Under the pieces are notes generated by a model. The model worked only from the letters and a program-made list of their open reading frames with translations. It did no database searches and had not been told where the DNA came from. Made by a program: the position numbers and the translations under genes. This document shows positions 1 through 10,045 of a stretch of DNA of 64,000 nt, piece by piece; position 1 is the stretch's first letter; every line of letters starts with the position of its first letter. Location: the IMG/VR virus record IMGVR_UViG_3300029288_000143, positions 1 to 64,000 of that record, one strand, 5' to 3'. Source of the DNA: a virus (lineage: Duplodnaviria > Caudoviricetes).

Positions 1-137
1 GTAGTGCATCCGTCAGACTAGACCAAGGCCATGGGGACTTGGGCAGTCGGATTAAATCTAAAAGACGTGTTTGTAACAAAACACCAAACTTTTAGGAACT
101 ATCAGACCACGAAGTAGAGGAAGGTTTCGTTCCCGTA

Positions 138-413
138 GTGTTGAGGTTCTCTCCTGGTGTTATTTCAGACGTTCAGGAAGACACAACCGGAACTCAGGAT
201 GCAGGTGCGCCCGCGTTTTTCACTACTGAAACTATAGAACCTGCAGAATTAGAACTGTACGTCGGCCAAGCCTGGCAGGCTGTAGAAAATGTTGATGAAT
301 ATGAGTTACGCGAAACTATTTTGATGAACTCCCCGCGCGAGCAAGAAGAATACGACGGTGGAGTACAGGAATTAATTTTACTAGATGAAGATATGTTGCT
401 GCCACCATTGTAA
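138..413 (+). CDS. acidic hypothetical protein (start uncertain)
   Basis: ORF ends 9 nt before terL with E/D-rich composition; GTG start has no clear RBS. Confidence 0.5.
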   Translation: MLRFSPGVISDVQEDTTGTQDAGAPAFFTTETIEPAELELYVGQAWQAVENVDEYELRETILMNSPREQEEYDGGVQELILLDEDMLLPPL

Positions 414-422
414 AATAAGGAA

Positions 423-2471
423 ATGACTGAACTACAAGACAAAGAAGCCAAAGTTCGCGCGGAATTACCTGATCCCGTAGCGTTGATTCAACAAGCTATT
501 TCGGCAGACTTAGATTCGTCTGTGTTCAACGAACAGCAGTTTCCGACTGCGCCGAATGTCATCGAATGGTGCAGAGGAACAGAGTGGCTTAATTCATCCA
601 CAGATCTATTCCCCAAACAAGTAGAAGTTTTGGCTCGTTTTTTTGAAGACGTATGCTATCAATGTAGCGATGTAGATTACATACATAATGTACCAGTCGA
701 TGCGAATATTGGAGACGTTTTAGACAGATTTACATTACTTAATCGTGGTGTATGCCCACAGTGCGGGCGCAACAGAACTGAAATATTGGACGAATGGATC
801 AAGGACTCTCGCTACGGCAAATTTCATAATTGGGACGCCTCTGTAGTTCCGCGCCCTGTTCCGCCCAATGAGTTTACTGGTATTTGGGGGCAACGCTCAG
901 GCAAATCCATAACAGTAGCCGCGTTTATTTTTCCGTATTTGTTACATAGATGGCTGGCGCTGCCTAATCTTTGTCGTTACTACCGAATGCCCAGTACAGT
1001 GGTACTGGAAGCTGCGTTCGTCTCACCGACGTTGAGACAAATAAACCAGCACATTTGGATGCCGTTTCGGAATGCATTTGATAATTCTCCGTGGTTCCGC
1101 AACATGGTGGATTATCTGAAAGATGAGTCTAACCGCACAGGGCTGCAGCTTTACCATGCGCAGCAAACATTTATTATTTTTCCAGGCAAACGTTTGGCAG
1201 TCCACATACTCGCGGCCAATTCATCAACATTACGTGGCGGAACCAGGGTCATGGGCGCCGTCGATGAGGCGGGCTGGTTTTCTGCGTCAGAGGACGGCAA
1301 AGTGACCAAGGGAGCCAGAGACGGCGTAGAAGTATTTACTTCACTGAACAATTCGTTGCGTACTGTCAGAACCAGGGCGGAAAAGCGTAGAGCTACAGAT
1401 TTTGACGCCATTGACGGTTATATGGTAAACATCTCTTCACCGTCTAGTATTTCAGACCCCATCGAACAACGAGCCGCAGTTGCGCCTAAATCGTTCCGCA
1501 TGTTCTTCACGCGATACGCTACATGGGAAGTAAACAAAGACGAAGATGAAACTCTCATTCGAGAGGAGTTTGCCGGAAATCCGCTGAAGTTCAAGCGCGA
1601 TTTTTGTGCGCAGCCTCCGAGAGCGTCGCACCCATATTTTGAAAATGACGCCATTCTCAAAGACATTGTAGCACCCAACCAAAATAAACTGTTTGAGTAT
1701 GAAATTAAAACCGAAGAGGCCGTAGCGGGCAAAGTTCTGAGGCCCTGTATCACGAAGCACATGAATGATTCCGTGATCCCACGTATTTTAGCTGTAGATA
1801 ATGGAGAGAAAAAGAATTCATTTGGTCTGTGTGTTGCCAGGTATTACCCAGAGCAAGAGGGCGTGCTGTTCGAGGAATTTGTTGAAGTTTCACCTTACCC
1901 TGATATACCTATAGACCTGGCGTGGTGTTATAACGAGTTCATTGTACCGCTGGTCAAAACCTACCGGTTCCAGCACGTGGTTTATGACCGCTGGGAATCT
2001 GGATACGCGGTGGCGGACCTCCGAAGCAACCACAACGTCGATGCTCAGCGTTATAGCTCGATGTGGCCAGACTTCGCTTCGTTCCGCGATGGTCTCCTGG
2101 GCACGCGCATCTGGCTACCGCAGCCGGAATGCGATCCCATGGACCTTTTGAAAATGCAAACTTTTCAGGAGCGCGCCAAGTATCCCAGAGCACACTTTCA
2201 AGCGCAGCTCCTGACAGTAAACGAATTTGGCAAAAGATTGGAAAAACCTGATCAGGGTAACGATGACCTTTTCCGCACTGCAGTTTTGGCTTATAGATTT
2301 ATTACCAAATACAAAGATCTGTACCGCCACAATGTAGTTGAAGGCCCCAAATTCGATCAAGACCGCCCCGTGGCCATGTTCTTCGGAAGAAGTCAACGCC
2401 AAGTATCAGGGGCTTCGGGCTCGCGAATAGGTGTAGGTTCCGGGCGGCTGTTGCGCTCGCGTAGTTTTTAG
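423..2471 (+). CDS. terL: terminase large subunit
   Basis: Walker A GQRSGKS, Walker B VDEAGWF, motif III NISSP, RNase H-like nuclease LAVDNG...DDL; RBS AAGGA; first gene of the head module. Confidence 0.92.
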   Translation: MTELQDKEAKVRAELPDPVALIQQAISADLDSSVFNEQQFPTAPNVIEWCRGTEWLNSSTDLFPKQVEVLARFFEDVCYQCSDVDYIHNVPVDANIGDVLDRFTLLNRGVCPQCGRNRTEILDEWIKDSRYGKFHNWDASVVPRPVPPNEFTGIWGQRSGKSITVAAFIFPYLLHRWLALPNLCRYYRMPSTVVLEAAFVSPTLRQINQHIWMPFRNAFDNSPWFRNMVDYLKDESNRTGLQLYHAQQTFIIFPGKRLAVHILAANSSTLRGGTRVMGAVDEAGWFSASEDGKVTKGARDGVEVFTSLNNSLRTVRTRAEKRRATDFDAIDGYMVNISSPSSISDPIEQRAAVAPKSFRMFFTRYATWEVNKDEDETLIREEFAGNPLKFKRDFCAQPPRASHPYFENDAILKDIVAPNQNKLFEYEIKTEEAVAGKVLRPCITKHMNDSVIPRILAVDNGEKKNSFGLCVARYYPEQEGVLFEEFVEVSPYPDIPIDLAWCYNEFIVPLVKTYRFQHVVYDRWESGYAVADLRSNHNVDAQRYSSMWPDFASFRDGLLGTRIWLPQPECDPMDLLKMQTFQERAKYPRAHFQAQLLTVNEFGKRLEKPDQGNDDLFRTAVLAYRFITKYKDLYRHNVVEGPKFDQDRPVAMFFGRSQRQVSGASGSRIGVGSGRLLRSRSF

Positions 2472-2479
2472 AGGAAGCC

Positions 2480-2794
2480 ATGTCACTTTACGCTAACATT
2501 CGTCAAGCCGCTGTCTCCAACAATAAATCTATTTCGGACGAGGCTGTGTATCGGATTGCTGGTACACTAAAGCTTGCTTACGATCAGGACGTTCCTCTTT
2601 CCGCAATTCTGCGTGAAATCGCTAGTCACGTTGAAGTCACTGCCGCGACGGAAAAAGTCAGTGCTACAGAAGCTATTGCCACGGCGCTGGAGCACGGAAC
2701 TTGTCCCCGGTGCAGTCGACTGATGTCGGAAATTAAACTTGCGGACAACACGCCGTCAAAATACTGTACTGGCTGTCGAATTGCGTTGTGGTAG
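2480..2794 (+). CDS. small protein with C-terminal Zn finger
   Basis: CPRC...YCTGC; RBS GAGGA. Confidence 0.75.
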   Translation: MSLYANIRQAAVSNNKSISDEAVYRIAGTLKLAYDQDVPLSAILREIASHVEVTAATEKVSATEAIATALEHGTCPRCSRLMSEIKLADNTPSKYCTGCRIALW

Positions 2795-2831
2795 ATCGGT
2801 AAAACAGCAAAAACAGTAGATTTGAGGCCTG

Positions 2832-5108
2832 ATGTTTAACTCACCAAAATATAATTTCTCGTCTGGGTTATTTCGGCCTGAGCCCAGAACTGCAGCTTTC
2901 GGGCGACAGCACCGCAAAGCTAGCCTGGATATGGCTGGCAATATGGTGGGGGCCGGTGGCGGGCAGAGACAGATCTATTCCCCGCTATACGAGCGTGCTG
3001 AAGCTCCTACTCTCGTTGAAGAATATCTTCCTACCGATACTAGAACGCAGAACAAGCTATTCAGAAATATTCTAGCGTACGATGCAATTGCCGGCACCAC
3101 AACGGAGTACTGGTGCTCGATGGCGTTTGGGGATGAAATTTTCCTTAGTGGCATTGAAGATAATGCCATCATGCACCTGTACGAAGACGCATTGTCGGCC
3201 TCTGGTGTCGTCCCACTTATGCCTTTGATGCTGAGTGAATACCTCACAATTGGCCGACTATTTTACTTTATGATGCCGAATCCAGGTACTGGTTATTGGC
3301 AAGGCACTAAAATTCTAGATCCAGACTACGTGCGCTTGGTGGCACCGCGACTGCCTGGGCTCGACCCCATCATGGACTGGCAAGCCAGCACCGATGACCA
3401 GGCTTGGGCCACGATGAACGATCCGCGCGCCGCTCTGCAGCGCAGCCTCATCGAACCGAAAATCGTCAAAGCCATGGCGGGCGGTACGACAATTCCTCTG
3501 GACCCAATTAATTCGTTATTTCTACCGCGAAAGGTTCATGCCGTTGACGACAACGGTATGTCGTATCTCTGCCGTATTTTGCCTTTCAAGATTTACGAAA
3601 AAGCAATTCTCGATGCTTCAATCCAAGGCGCTAGACGTCGTGCGGGCCCGGTTTGGTGGGCGACAGTACCCAACGACTACAAGGCCGAACAGATTGAACA
3701 AATCATTGAGCAATTGTTTGCTGCCGAGGAAGACCCCGTTGGCGGTAAAGTTGCTTTCCGCGAAGGGGTAAATATCCAGCTTCTCGGGACTAAAGATGAC
3801 GTCATCAAGCTCGGCGATGACTGGGACTTCCTCTTCAAAGCCAAAATGGCAGCATTAGGTATTTCTTCGGCCTTCCTGGAAGGCGATACCAATTACAATA
3901 CCCTGGAAACGATTCTTTCGTCTTTCCTGGAAAAGCTACGTGGTGTTCGCGCTCTGTTTACCCGAAAAATTATTCAGGAAAAGATTTTCCGCACGCTGGC
4001 GCAGCAGCACGGGCATGTGCGACGTAGCAAAGCCGAACTCAGCCACCGGATTCGTATTTCACGGAATAGAATTCCCAACGACTCAGACCTGATTCTACCT
4101 AAGATCGAGTGGGACAAATCTCTTGAGCCCAGAGCAGACAAAGATTATTGGGATATGCTGACTTCTCTGGAGGAGAAGGGTTTCCCAATTCAGATGCGCA
4201 AGTGGGCACAAGCTGCAGGTTACGATATCAAAGAAGCTCTGCAAAATCAATCAGCAGAATTGCAGGATCGCGCGAAGATTTACGCGTACAAGCGCGCATT
4301 GATCGAGCAGGCGGAAGCTGCTGGATTTGACGGCAAGGGGCAATACCTGGGAGGCGAAGGTGGAGGTGGCGGGGAAACGGGTGGATTTGGAGATTTAGGC
4401 GGAGGGGAAGAAACTGGTATGCCGGAATTGGGCGGGGAAGAAGAGGCTCCGGGCCTTGGAGGCGGCGAAGCCGGCGGAGCAGAAATGCCTGCGCTTTCCA
4501 TGGAAGAAGAGACTTCTGCCGCACCACCTGCGCCACCCGCGGGTGGGGGTGAAGGCGCAGCTGCAGGGCCCGGTGGGGAAGGCGGCGGAGCAGCAGCCGA
4601 ACTGCGCAAACCGCGGTTTACCGTCAAGCAGCCAGCAACACAATACCGCAAGGGTTCTATTTATTCCAAGCCGGTGGATTTAGAAGCGTTACTCGCTAAG
4701 ATTCCAATCTGGGAATCTGGGCTTACGGTTGGGTTACCGAGACGGCGTGTTGCGCAGTTACTCGATGAAATGACGCGGCGAGATCCACGTGATCGGCGCG
4801 GACCAGAGTTTTACCGTTGGGCACGACGAGAACAGCTCTCGACCTTGCAGGCCGACATTGTCGAATACTGCGCGGCGCGCGTTGGGATTGTAGAATTTCC
4901 AGAGATGGCCAGCGATTCAGTCGCCGTGCTGGCCAAAATGTTAGTTAAACAGGCCGATATTACTGGATTGACTCCAGCTTTGGACGAAGAACTGGACGTT
5001 GTTGGGCGTATGACCGAGACTGATCCGCTCAGTACGGCTATTGGCTCAAGCAAATTGACGTCACATTCCCTTCCCGATAGCAAACTCCTCACCGGACTGA
5101 CTGAATAA
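2832..5108 (+). CDS. portal protein with Gly/Glu-rich linker and C-terminal extension
   Basis: position after terL; size; portal-like features (LPFKIYEK...GARRRAGP, helical core, KMAALGISSAFLEGDTNYN). Confidence 0.75.
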   Translation: MFNSPKYNFSSGLFRPEPRTAAFGRQHRKASLDMAGNMVGAGGGQRQIYSPLYERAEAPTLVEEYLPTDTRTQNKLFRNILAYDAIAGTTTEYWCSMAFGDEIFLSGIEDNAIMHLYEDALSASGVVPLMPLMLSEYLTIGRLFYFMMPNPGTGYWQGTKILDPDYVRLVAPRLPGLDPIMDWQASTDDQAWATMNDPRAALQRSLIEPKIVKAMAGGTTIPLDPINSLFLPRKVHAVDDNGMSYLCRILPFKIYEKAILDASIQGARRRAGPVWWATVPNDYKAEQIEQIIEQLFAAEEDPVGGKVAFREGVNIQLLGTKDDVIKLGDDWDFLFKAKMAALGISSAFLEGDTNYNTLETILSSFLEKLRGVRALFTRKIIQEKIFRTLAQQHGHVRRSKAELSHRIRISRNRIPNDSDLILPKIEWDKSLEPRADKDYWDMLTSLEEKGFPIQMRKWAQAAGYDIKEALQNQSAELQDRAKIYAYKRALIEQAEAAGFDGKGQYLGGEGGGGGETGGFGDLGGGEETGMPELGGEEEAPGLGGGEAGGAEMPALSMEEETSAAPPAPPAGGGEGAAAGPGGEGGGAAAELRKPRFTVKQPATQYRKGSIYSKPVDLEALLAKIPIWESGLTVGLPRRRVAQLLDEMTRRDPRDRRGPEFYRWARREQLSTLQADIVEYCAARVGIVEFPEMASDSVAVLAKMLVKQADITGLTPALDEELDVVGRMTETDPLSTAIGSSKLTSHSLPDSKLLTGLTE

Positions 5109-5497
5109 TGCAAAAGCTAGTCTATCGTGGTCATTTCTATCGTTTGGCCGAAGGCGAAGACGTTACAGCGGCCGAAGAAATAGATTGGCATGAGCATGTT
5201 AATTCCATCATGCGGGCCATCCGGGCCAAACTCGGAGCGCCAGGCGAAGAAAATCGCGGCGCCGTGAAACTCGATGAAGCTTCGCTAAAGATGGTTGCAC
5301 CGACGGGTGAACCGGAGCTTGGATACGAAATCCATGGCGATATCATTACCGAGCTGCCGGTTGATGTAGATCTGTACGGTGGACCGCCGTACAGATTTGA
5401 AGCCATTATCCCACCGGCTAAAGAAGTCGCAGAAAAACAAAAAAGCAACGAAAACGTTTTTTCTTCCATCCTGATCAAAGGCGGCGACCGCGAATAA
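5108..5497 (+). CDS. hypothetical protein with N-terminal hairpin tag (KLVYRGHFYRLA)
   Basis: TAATG coupling to portal; tag shared with many ORFs. Confidence 0.8.
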   Translation: MQKLVYRGHFYRLAEGEDVTAAEEIDWHEHVNSIMRAIRAKLGAPGEENRGAVKLDEASLKMVAPTGEPELGYEIHGDIITELPVDVDLYGGPPYRFEAIIPPAKEVAEKQKSNENVFSSILIKGGDRE

Positions 5498-5503
5498 TTA
5501 TTT

Positions 5504-5521
5504 CACGTTAATCTCTAGGTG
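5504..5521 (+). promoter_or_regulatory. candidate phage late promoter
   Basis: CACGTTA-atctc-TAGGTG, intergenic; motif recurs about 12 times upstream of + strand genes. Confidence 0.5.
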
Positions 5522-5550
5522 GAATCAAAGCGCTTTATGCTGGTGTTGCT

Positions 5551-5937
5551 ATGTGTGCAAATTGGAGCTACGTTTGGCAAACTTCTCAGTATCCCACGAG
5601 TAATTGTGGTCCTAGCATTTGTATGCCTGTGAATAATGCCTCGTGCGGCTCCGGTGCTGGTCAAGACATCTTAGCTAACGTCGATACATCAATTACAACG
5701 ACGGCACAAGCCGTAGCGCACTACGGCGAACAACTTCGCCGCCGGCGTGGTGTTCAATTCTGCACCACAACCTATAACGCCGGCCAATATAATTGGGAAA
5801 TGCCTGATGCCACTGTAGCGATCACTGGCGGCGGGTCGTATCCCATGACGGTTTCGTATGTACAGGGTGCGGATTCAGGTTCATCTATTTTTCAAGATGT
5901 CGAACAAGCCATTGAATGGCTAGTTCGCAAATTGTAA
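5551..5937 (+). CDS. hypothetical protein
   Basis: 128-aa ORF filling the gap in the head cluster. Confidence 0.6.
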   Translation: MCANWSYVWQTSQYPTSNCGPSICMPVNNASCGSGAGQDILANVDTSITTTAQAVAHYGEQLRRRRGVQFCTTTYNAGQYNWEMPDATVAITGGGSYPMTVSYVQGADSGSSIFQDVEQAIEWLVRKL

Positions 5938-6003
5938 GCACCACACCTCACTGATATTAACTTGCAAGTGTGGTCACAAAATCTGTCGTATTAGGAGTTT
6001 ACC

Positions 6004-7323
6004 ATGGCGATCAAGAGTCAAAGTCTTCGTAACAGTCTAGCGCGTCTCCGCATGGCCGAAATCCCCGAGACCGAGATCCTAGATCTCGATGCTCCTGGTG
6101 CTGATACCAGTGAACTCGTCATTCTCGACGAGGAACCTGGCGATGCGCTAGCACCCGAGGTCTCCCCTGCCGGTATACCCGAGGTAGTGGTTGATGGTCA
6201 GCCCATGTGCCCGTGCGCAGGTGGCGAGGTTGAGGGTTCCCCAGCGGATGTGGTCGAGGACGCTGCCGAAGACAAGGCGGAAGACGCTGCCGAGAGTGAT
6301 GAGGACAAGGCCGAGCGCGAAGCCGCAGTGCGCCTAGCTCAGTTCCGCGAGATGCGCGCTATGCGTCGGCAGGCAGCTCAGACTACTGCGGCTGCCCCTG
6401 CTGAAGCTCCTGCGGCAGAAGTTGCGCCAGTAACGGCTCCTGAGCCGAAGACTGCCGAGTCTAAGCCTGAGGAAAAAGAGGAAGAGAAGGCTGAGGAAAA
6501 GGAAGAGGATAAGGGTATGGAGAAAGACGCTGCTGTGACCTGGGCGCCGCTCATGACTCCCGAGGATATGCAGACCCGGGACGGTCGCATTGCTCTCGAC
6601 ATGACGCTCCGTGGCGCCGATACCGCCACTCCGTATTACGTCATGTGGCTGGATGGGCATCCCTTCGGTGAGCTGCACCTCGCTGATGGCAACACCGAGG
6701 AAGATCTCCACGACGTATTCGTTAGCGATACCTTCGTGAATGGCGTGCGCGAGACCGTGGCGGCTTGCGGTCCGGCCAATACCTTCGAGACTCTCCGGGT
6801 GCGTTATTACGCCGCTGAGACCAAGGAGAACGAGGCTGTGCGCAAGGCGAAGGCGGAGATCGCCGGCCACGCTGACGCTGCTTATAAAGCACGTGCGGCT
6901 GCCCTGAAGGGTAATCTCATGGTCACGCTGCACCTCGCCATGGAGGCGTCGCGCAAGAATTTCATCCTCGAGAATCCTCTCAAGGACTCTCTCGTGGAGA
7001 ATATGCGCAAAGCCGGTATGTCGGAGCGCGTGGCGATTGACATCATCGAGGACGCGTTCGTGAAGTCCGGTGGTGAATACCTCAAGGCCATGGTGAACCA
7101 GGCGGACGAGTGGTTGGGTTGGGAGCCCGAGGCACTCCGCCAGATCGAGAACACCGTGACGAAGATGGCTTATGTCCATCCTCTCGACATGGCTCCTCTA
7201 GTTGAGGAAGATATTCCCTCCAAGCCAGTATTCGAGCGCGCGGCTGCGGTTTCCACCGATCCGAGCCTCGATGCTGACACTGATGCTGCCCTCCGCGTAG
7301 TTCGCGCTCGCAAGCGCCGTTAG
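6004..7323 (+). CDS. scaffold/core-like head protein
   Basis: strong RBS AGGAG; acidic low-complexity N-half, helical C-half; codon style like the MCP; directly upstream of the protease. Confidence 0.5.
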   Translation: MAIKSQSLRNSLARLRMAEIPETEILDLDAPGADTSELVILDEEPGDALAPEVSPAGIPEVVVDGQPMCPCAGGEVEGSPADVVEDAAEDKAEDAAESDEDKAEREAAVRLAQFREMRAMRRQAAQTTAAAPAEAPAAEVAPVTAPEPKTAESKPEEKEEEKAEEKEEDKGMEKDAAVTWAPLMTPEDMQTRDGRIALDMTLRGADTATPYYVMWLDGHPFGELHLADGNTEEDLHDVFVSDTFVNGVRETVAACGPANTFETLRVRYYAAETKENEAVRKAKAEIAGHADAAYKARAAALKGNLMVTLHLAMEASRKNFILENPLKDSLVENMRKAGMSERVAIDIIEDAFVKSGGEYLKAMVNQADEWLGWEPEALRQIENTVTKMAYVHPLDMAPLVEEDIPSKPVFERAAAVSTDPSLDADTDAALRVVRARKRR

Positions 7324-7329
7324 TCCACA

Positions 7330-7359
7330 GGGCGGGCGGGAGATGTCTCCCGCCCGCCC
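7330..7359 (+). terminator. GC-rich hairpin (terminator or RNA stabiliser)
   Basis: gggcgggcgggag / ctcccgcccgccc inverted repeat 6 nt after the stop; poor U-tail. Confidence 0.5.
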
Positions 7360-7378
7360 ATCTTGTACGACTAAGCAA

Positions 7379-8155
7379 ATGTCAAAAATTCATCCTATAG
7401 TTTCCTACGGCCCTGGAATACACGTCGGGGATTATATGTTGGCGACTTCGGTCGACAACAAACCCCTGGCCATTGAAGGGCACAAGCTAGAAAAAATCCA
7501 GCGCAACGGCAAGTTCGTGGTTGCCGGGGCCGGACTAGACGCCTGTGCCTGCGGCGTTTTGGCAATTGATTGGTTACCTTTCTGCAGCGAAAAATATCAC
7601 ATTTCCAGCAAAATTGATGACTACGTTATTGTAGAAGTCCCCATCGTCGTCGAGACTTATCCAAACCGTAATCTTGACGCATTTCCTTACGAAGAACTAA
7701 CGGCCTGGTCGACACAAGCTGGACGACCGCGCTTTCAGACTTTCGTGGGAAAACCTGTTCACCAAGACCATAAAAATCAAGATGACACCAAAGCCAAAGG
7801 TGTCATTTTCGACGCTTCGTTGCGTCAATATCAGGGGCGCTGGCACGTTGTAATTCTCAAGGGATTCGATCGGTCCAAAGATCCGCGCCTAGCAGAACTA
7901 GTCCAGAAGAAAAACCGCATTGGCCACTCCATGGGGAGTCTGGTCCAGCGCACAGAATGTAGCTTGCCGTGGTGCAGATATATAGGCGATGGCATTACTA
8001 CGTGCGAGCACATTCGTAAGGGTTCGGGTAAGGGGGATGTGGTCAGGGGGCATTTGGTATACGAATTACTCAGAGATTTCGACTATGTCGAATCCTCTTC
8101 AGTTGAAGACCCGGCCTATTGTGTCGCGCTTAGCGACTCAGTCTGGCAGCCTTAG
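7379..8155 (+). CDS. prohead maturation protease (HK97/assemblin fold)
   Basis: TFVGKPVHQDH, KGVIFDAS, HSMG, CSLPWC..CEH, ESSSVEDPA pattern typical of large-phage prohead proteases; ATG 7379 preferred because 7343 lies inside the hairpin. Confidence 0.75.
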   Translation: MSKIHPIVSYGPGIHVGDYMLATSVDNKPLAIEGHKLEKIQRNGKFVVAGAGLDACACGVLAIDWLPFCSEKYHISSKIDDYVIVEVPIVVETYPNRNLDAFPYEELTAWSTQAGRPRFQTFVGKPVHQDHKNQDDTKAKGVIFDASLRQYQGRWHVVILKGFDRSKDPRLAELVQKKNRIGHSMGSLVQRTECSLPWCRYIGDGITTCEHIRKGSGKGDVVRGHLVYELLRDFDYVESSSVEDPAYCVALSDSVWQP

Positions 8156-8163
8156 GAGATAAA

Positions 8164-8907
8164 ATGTTTAATCTTACCCCCGAGCAAGAAGCCTATATCG
8201 TCGAGCAGTACGGGCCAGAACTTCTGGACCAGCCGATACAGGAGATCATTGATCTCCTGGACGCCGAGTACAGTTATTTGGTCTCGGATGAGCAAGACGC
8301 GCTATCGCCCGACGTCATGGTTAAAACTGAGATGCTCGGCGGCATCATCGCAACGCTGCAAAAACCGGCACCCGCCATGCCCGTAGCCGCTGGTCTTGCT
8401 AAGGCTAGAATTCAGCTCAAAGCCAAGCTGGCTCAGATCAGCCGCGTTGCCAGTGCTGCCGCGCAGCAGCGTGTCGCCGCCGTGAAGCCCACAGGCGTAC
8501 GAGCGCGCACTCGACTTGCGCGTGAAACCGTTGCTGGTACTCCAGCAATCAAGCAGGCCCAGCGTAAAGAAGTGCTCCTTGCCAAGGTGGCAGAGCGTCG
8601 AAGCTCTTTGCAAGACGAACAAATCGCAGATCTGAAGCTTCATGTTTCTGCCAAACTTGCCGCGCGAGAGCGCGTTGCCGCAGCTCGCGCTGTTGAGGCT
8701 GCGCTTACGGACGCCAGCGAGGAAACTCAGGTCGAGACTCCGGTAGTTGAGACTCCGGTACAGGTAGAAGCGAGCGCTACTCCGCGGTTTATCAAGAAAA
8801 ACGGTCAGATTTTTGAAATTGATGTCGAAGCCACGGCGAAACTTCGGGCTGCCCAGGCGCCGAAATTCATCAAGCTGGCGGGCAAGCTTTTCCAGCGCGA
8901 AGATTAG
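8164..8907 (+). CDS. head-associated protein with two C-terminal hairpin tags
   Basis: FIKKNGQIFEI and FIKLAGKLFQR at the C-terminus; RBS AGGAG. Confidence 0.8.
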   Translation: MFNLTPEQEAYIVEQYGPELLDQPIQEIIDLLDAEYSYLVSDEQDALSPDVMVKTEMLGGIIATLQKPAPAMPVAAGLAKARIQLKAKLAQISRVASAAAQQRVAAVKPTGVRARTRLARETVAGTPAIKQAQRKEVLLAKVAERRSSLQDEQIADLKLHVSAKLAARERVAAARAVEAALTDASEETQVETPVVETPVQVEASATPRFIKKNGQIFEIDVEATAKLRAAQAPKFIKLAGKLFQRED

Positions 8908-8940
8908 TCCCAAATTCTCAAAACATTAAGGAATTAGCTC

Positions 8941-9294
8941 ATGCCTAATTCGACAAAAGATCAAGAATTACAAAGAGTTGGGGCTAAAAAGAAGTACGTT
9001 GAACGGTTTGACCGCTACGACCGCGCTTCCATTGCCAAATGGCTCGCGAGTGTAGTGGATAAAGCGGCGCAGGATCAAGAAGACGCGCAAGACCTAATTG
9101 ATGAAATCGCGGACAGCGACGACCCGCGCGCCGGCCAGAATTTCTCCAAGCTGCTCAAAGACCATATCGCAAATCAGAACCACATCATGACCTGGGCTTT
9201 GGATAAATTAGAGCGCATCGACGAGCTTGCCAAGAAACCAACGCCGGAGTCAAAATCTGAAACTGCAGCTACTCCAGTAGCTCCTGCAATTTAA
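8941..9294 (+). CDS. helical hypothetical protein
   Basis: RBS AAGGA; head cluster. Confidence 0.75.
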   Translation: MPNSTKDQELQRVGAKKKYVERFDRYDRASIAKWLASVVDKAAQDQEDAQDLIDEIADSDDPRAGQNFSKLLKDHIANQNHIMTWALDKLERIDELAKKPTPESKSETAATPVAPAI

Positions 9295-9315
9295 TTTCAG
9301 CCGTAGAGGTTTTAT

Positions 9316-10035
9316 ATGACAAAACTAGCTGATCGCGTTGCTCAGTTTACCAAGCGACTTGCAGATTTGGATGTAGATCTACAGGCTCAAGTTGCAGATT
9401 CAGTCGCCGACCCCATTGAAACCATGCCGGACCCGGAACCCGTGGAATCCGTGCAGCTCGGTGCAGTGTCGCCAGCGCTCCGTGGACAAATGGGAAATGC
9501 TCTGGCCGACGTGTTCGATAATTTCGGGCCCGAGATTTACAATGGCGTCGTGCTTGCGATCAAGGAAGCGCTCAAGTCTGCTTTCGAGGAAGGCTCGAAC
9601 CAAATCGAGTCGGCCGTCGAAGAGGAGCTTGGTGCCCGGGGCATCAAAGCCGCGCAGAAGCATTTCCGCAATTGGATGACCGAACTCACAGCAGTCATTA
9701 CCCAGCAAGGTCTATCCGACGCTGCTATCTCGGCTGCTGATGAAGCTTCGACGTTGGCGGCGGAATTCGCGAGCGAGAAGTCCGTGTCCGAGGCGCCAGA
9801 TCTCCCCGGGCTCGAAGACATCGAAAACGTTCCCCTTGAGGACGTCGAAGTCGTGGAAGAGCAGCCTGCAGAGACTGAAGAAGCCGCTGCTCCGGCATTC
9901 GAGAACACTGAGGCGGAAGGCGAAGCCGGTGGGGAAGCTGGTGGAGAAGTACCGCTCGAAGCTATTCCGGCCGTCGGTGCTGGTTTCCCGCAACCCCACA
10001 TTACGCGCCGGACGCCCAAGACGTTCAAACGCTAA
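9316..10035 (+). CDS. acidic helical hypothetical protein
   Basis: RBS GAGGT; E/A-rich. Confidence 0.75.
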   Translation: MTKLADRVAQFTKRLADLDVDLQAQVADSVADPIETMPDPEPVESVQLGAVSPALRGQMGNALADVFDNFGPEIYNGVVLAIKEALKSAFEEGSNQIESAVEEELGARGIKAAQKHFRNWMTELTAVITQQGLSDAAISAADEASTLAAEFASEKSVSEAPDLPGLEDIENVPLEDVEVVEEQPAETEEAAAPAFENTEAEGEAGGEAGGEVPLEAIPAVGAGFPQPHITRRTPKTFKR

Positions 10036-10045
10036 GGAAAGCACC

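Noticed and set aside
31-137. Possible upstream extension of ORF 138..413 by a frameshift from ATG 31
   Set aside because: The frame upstream of 138 reads plausibly back to a TAG at 93, but there is no usable slippery site and it is too close to the window edge to judge
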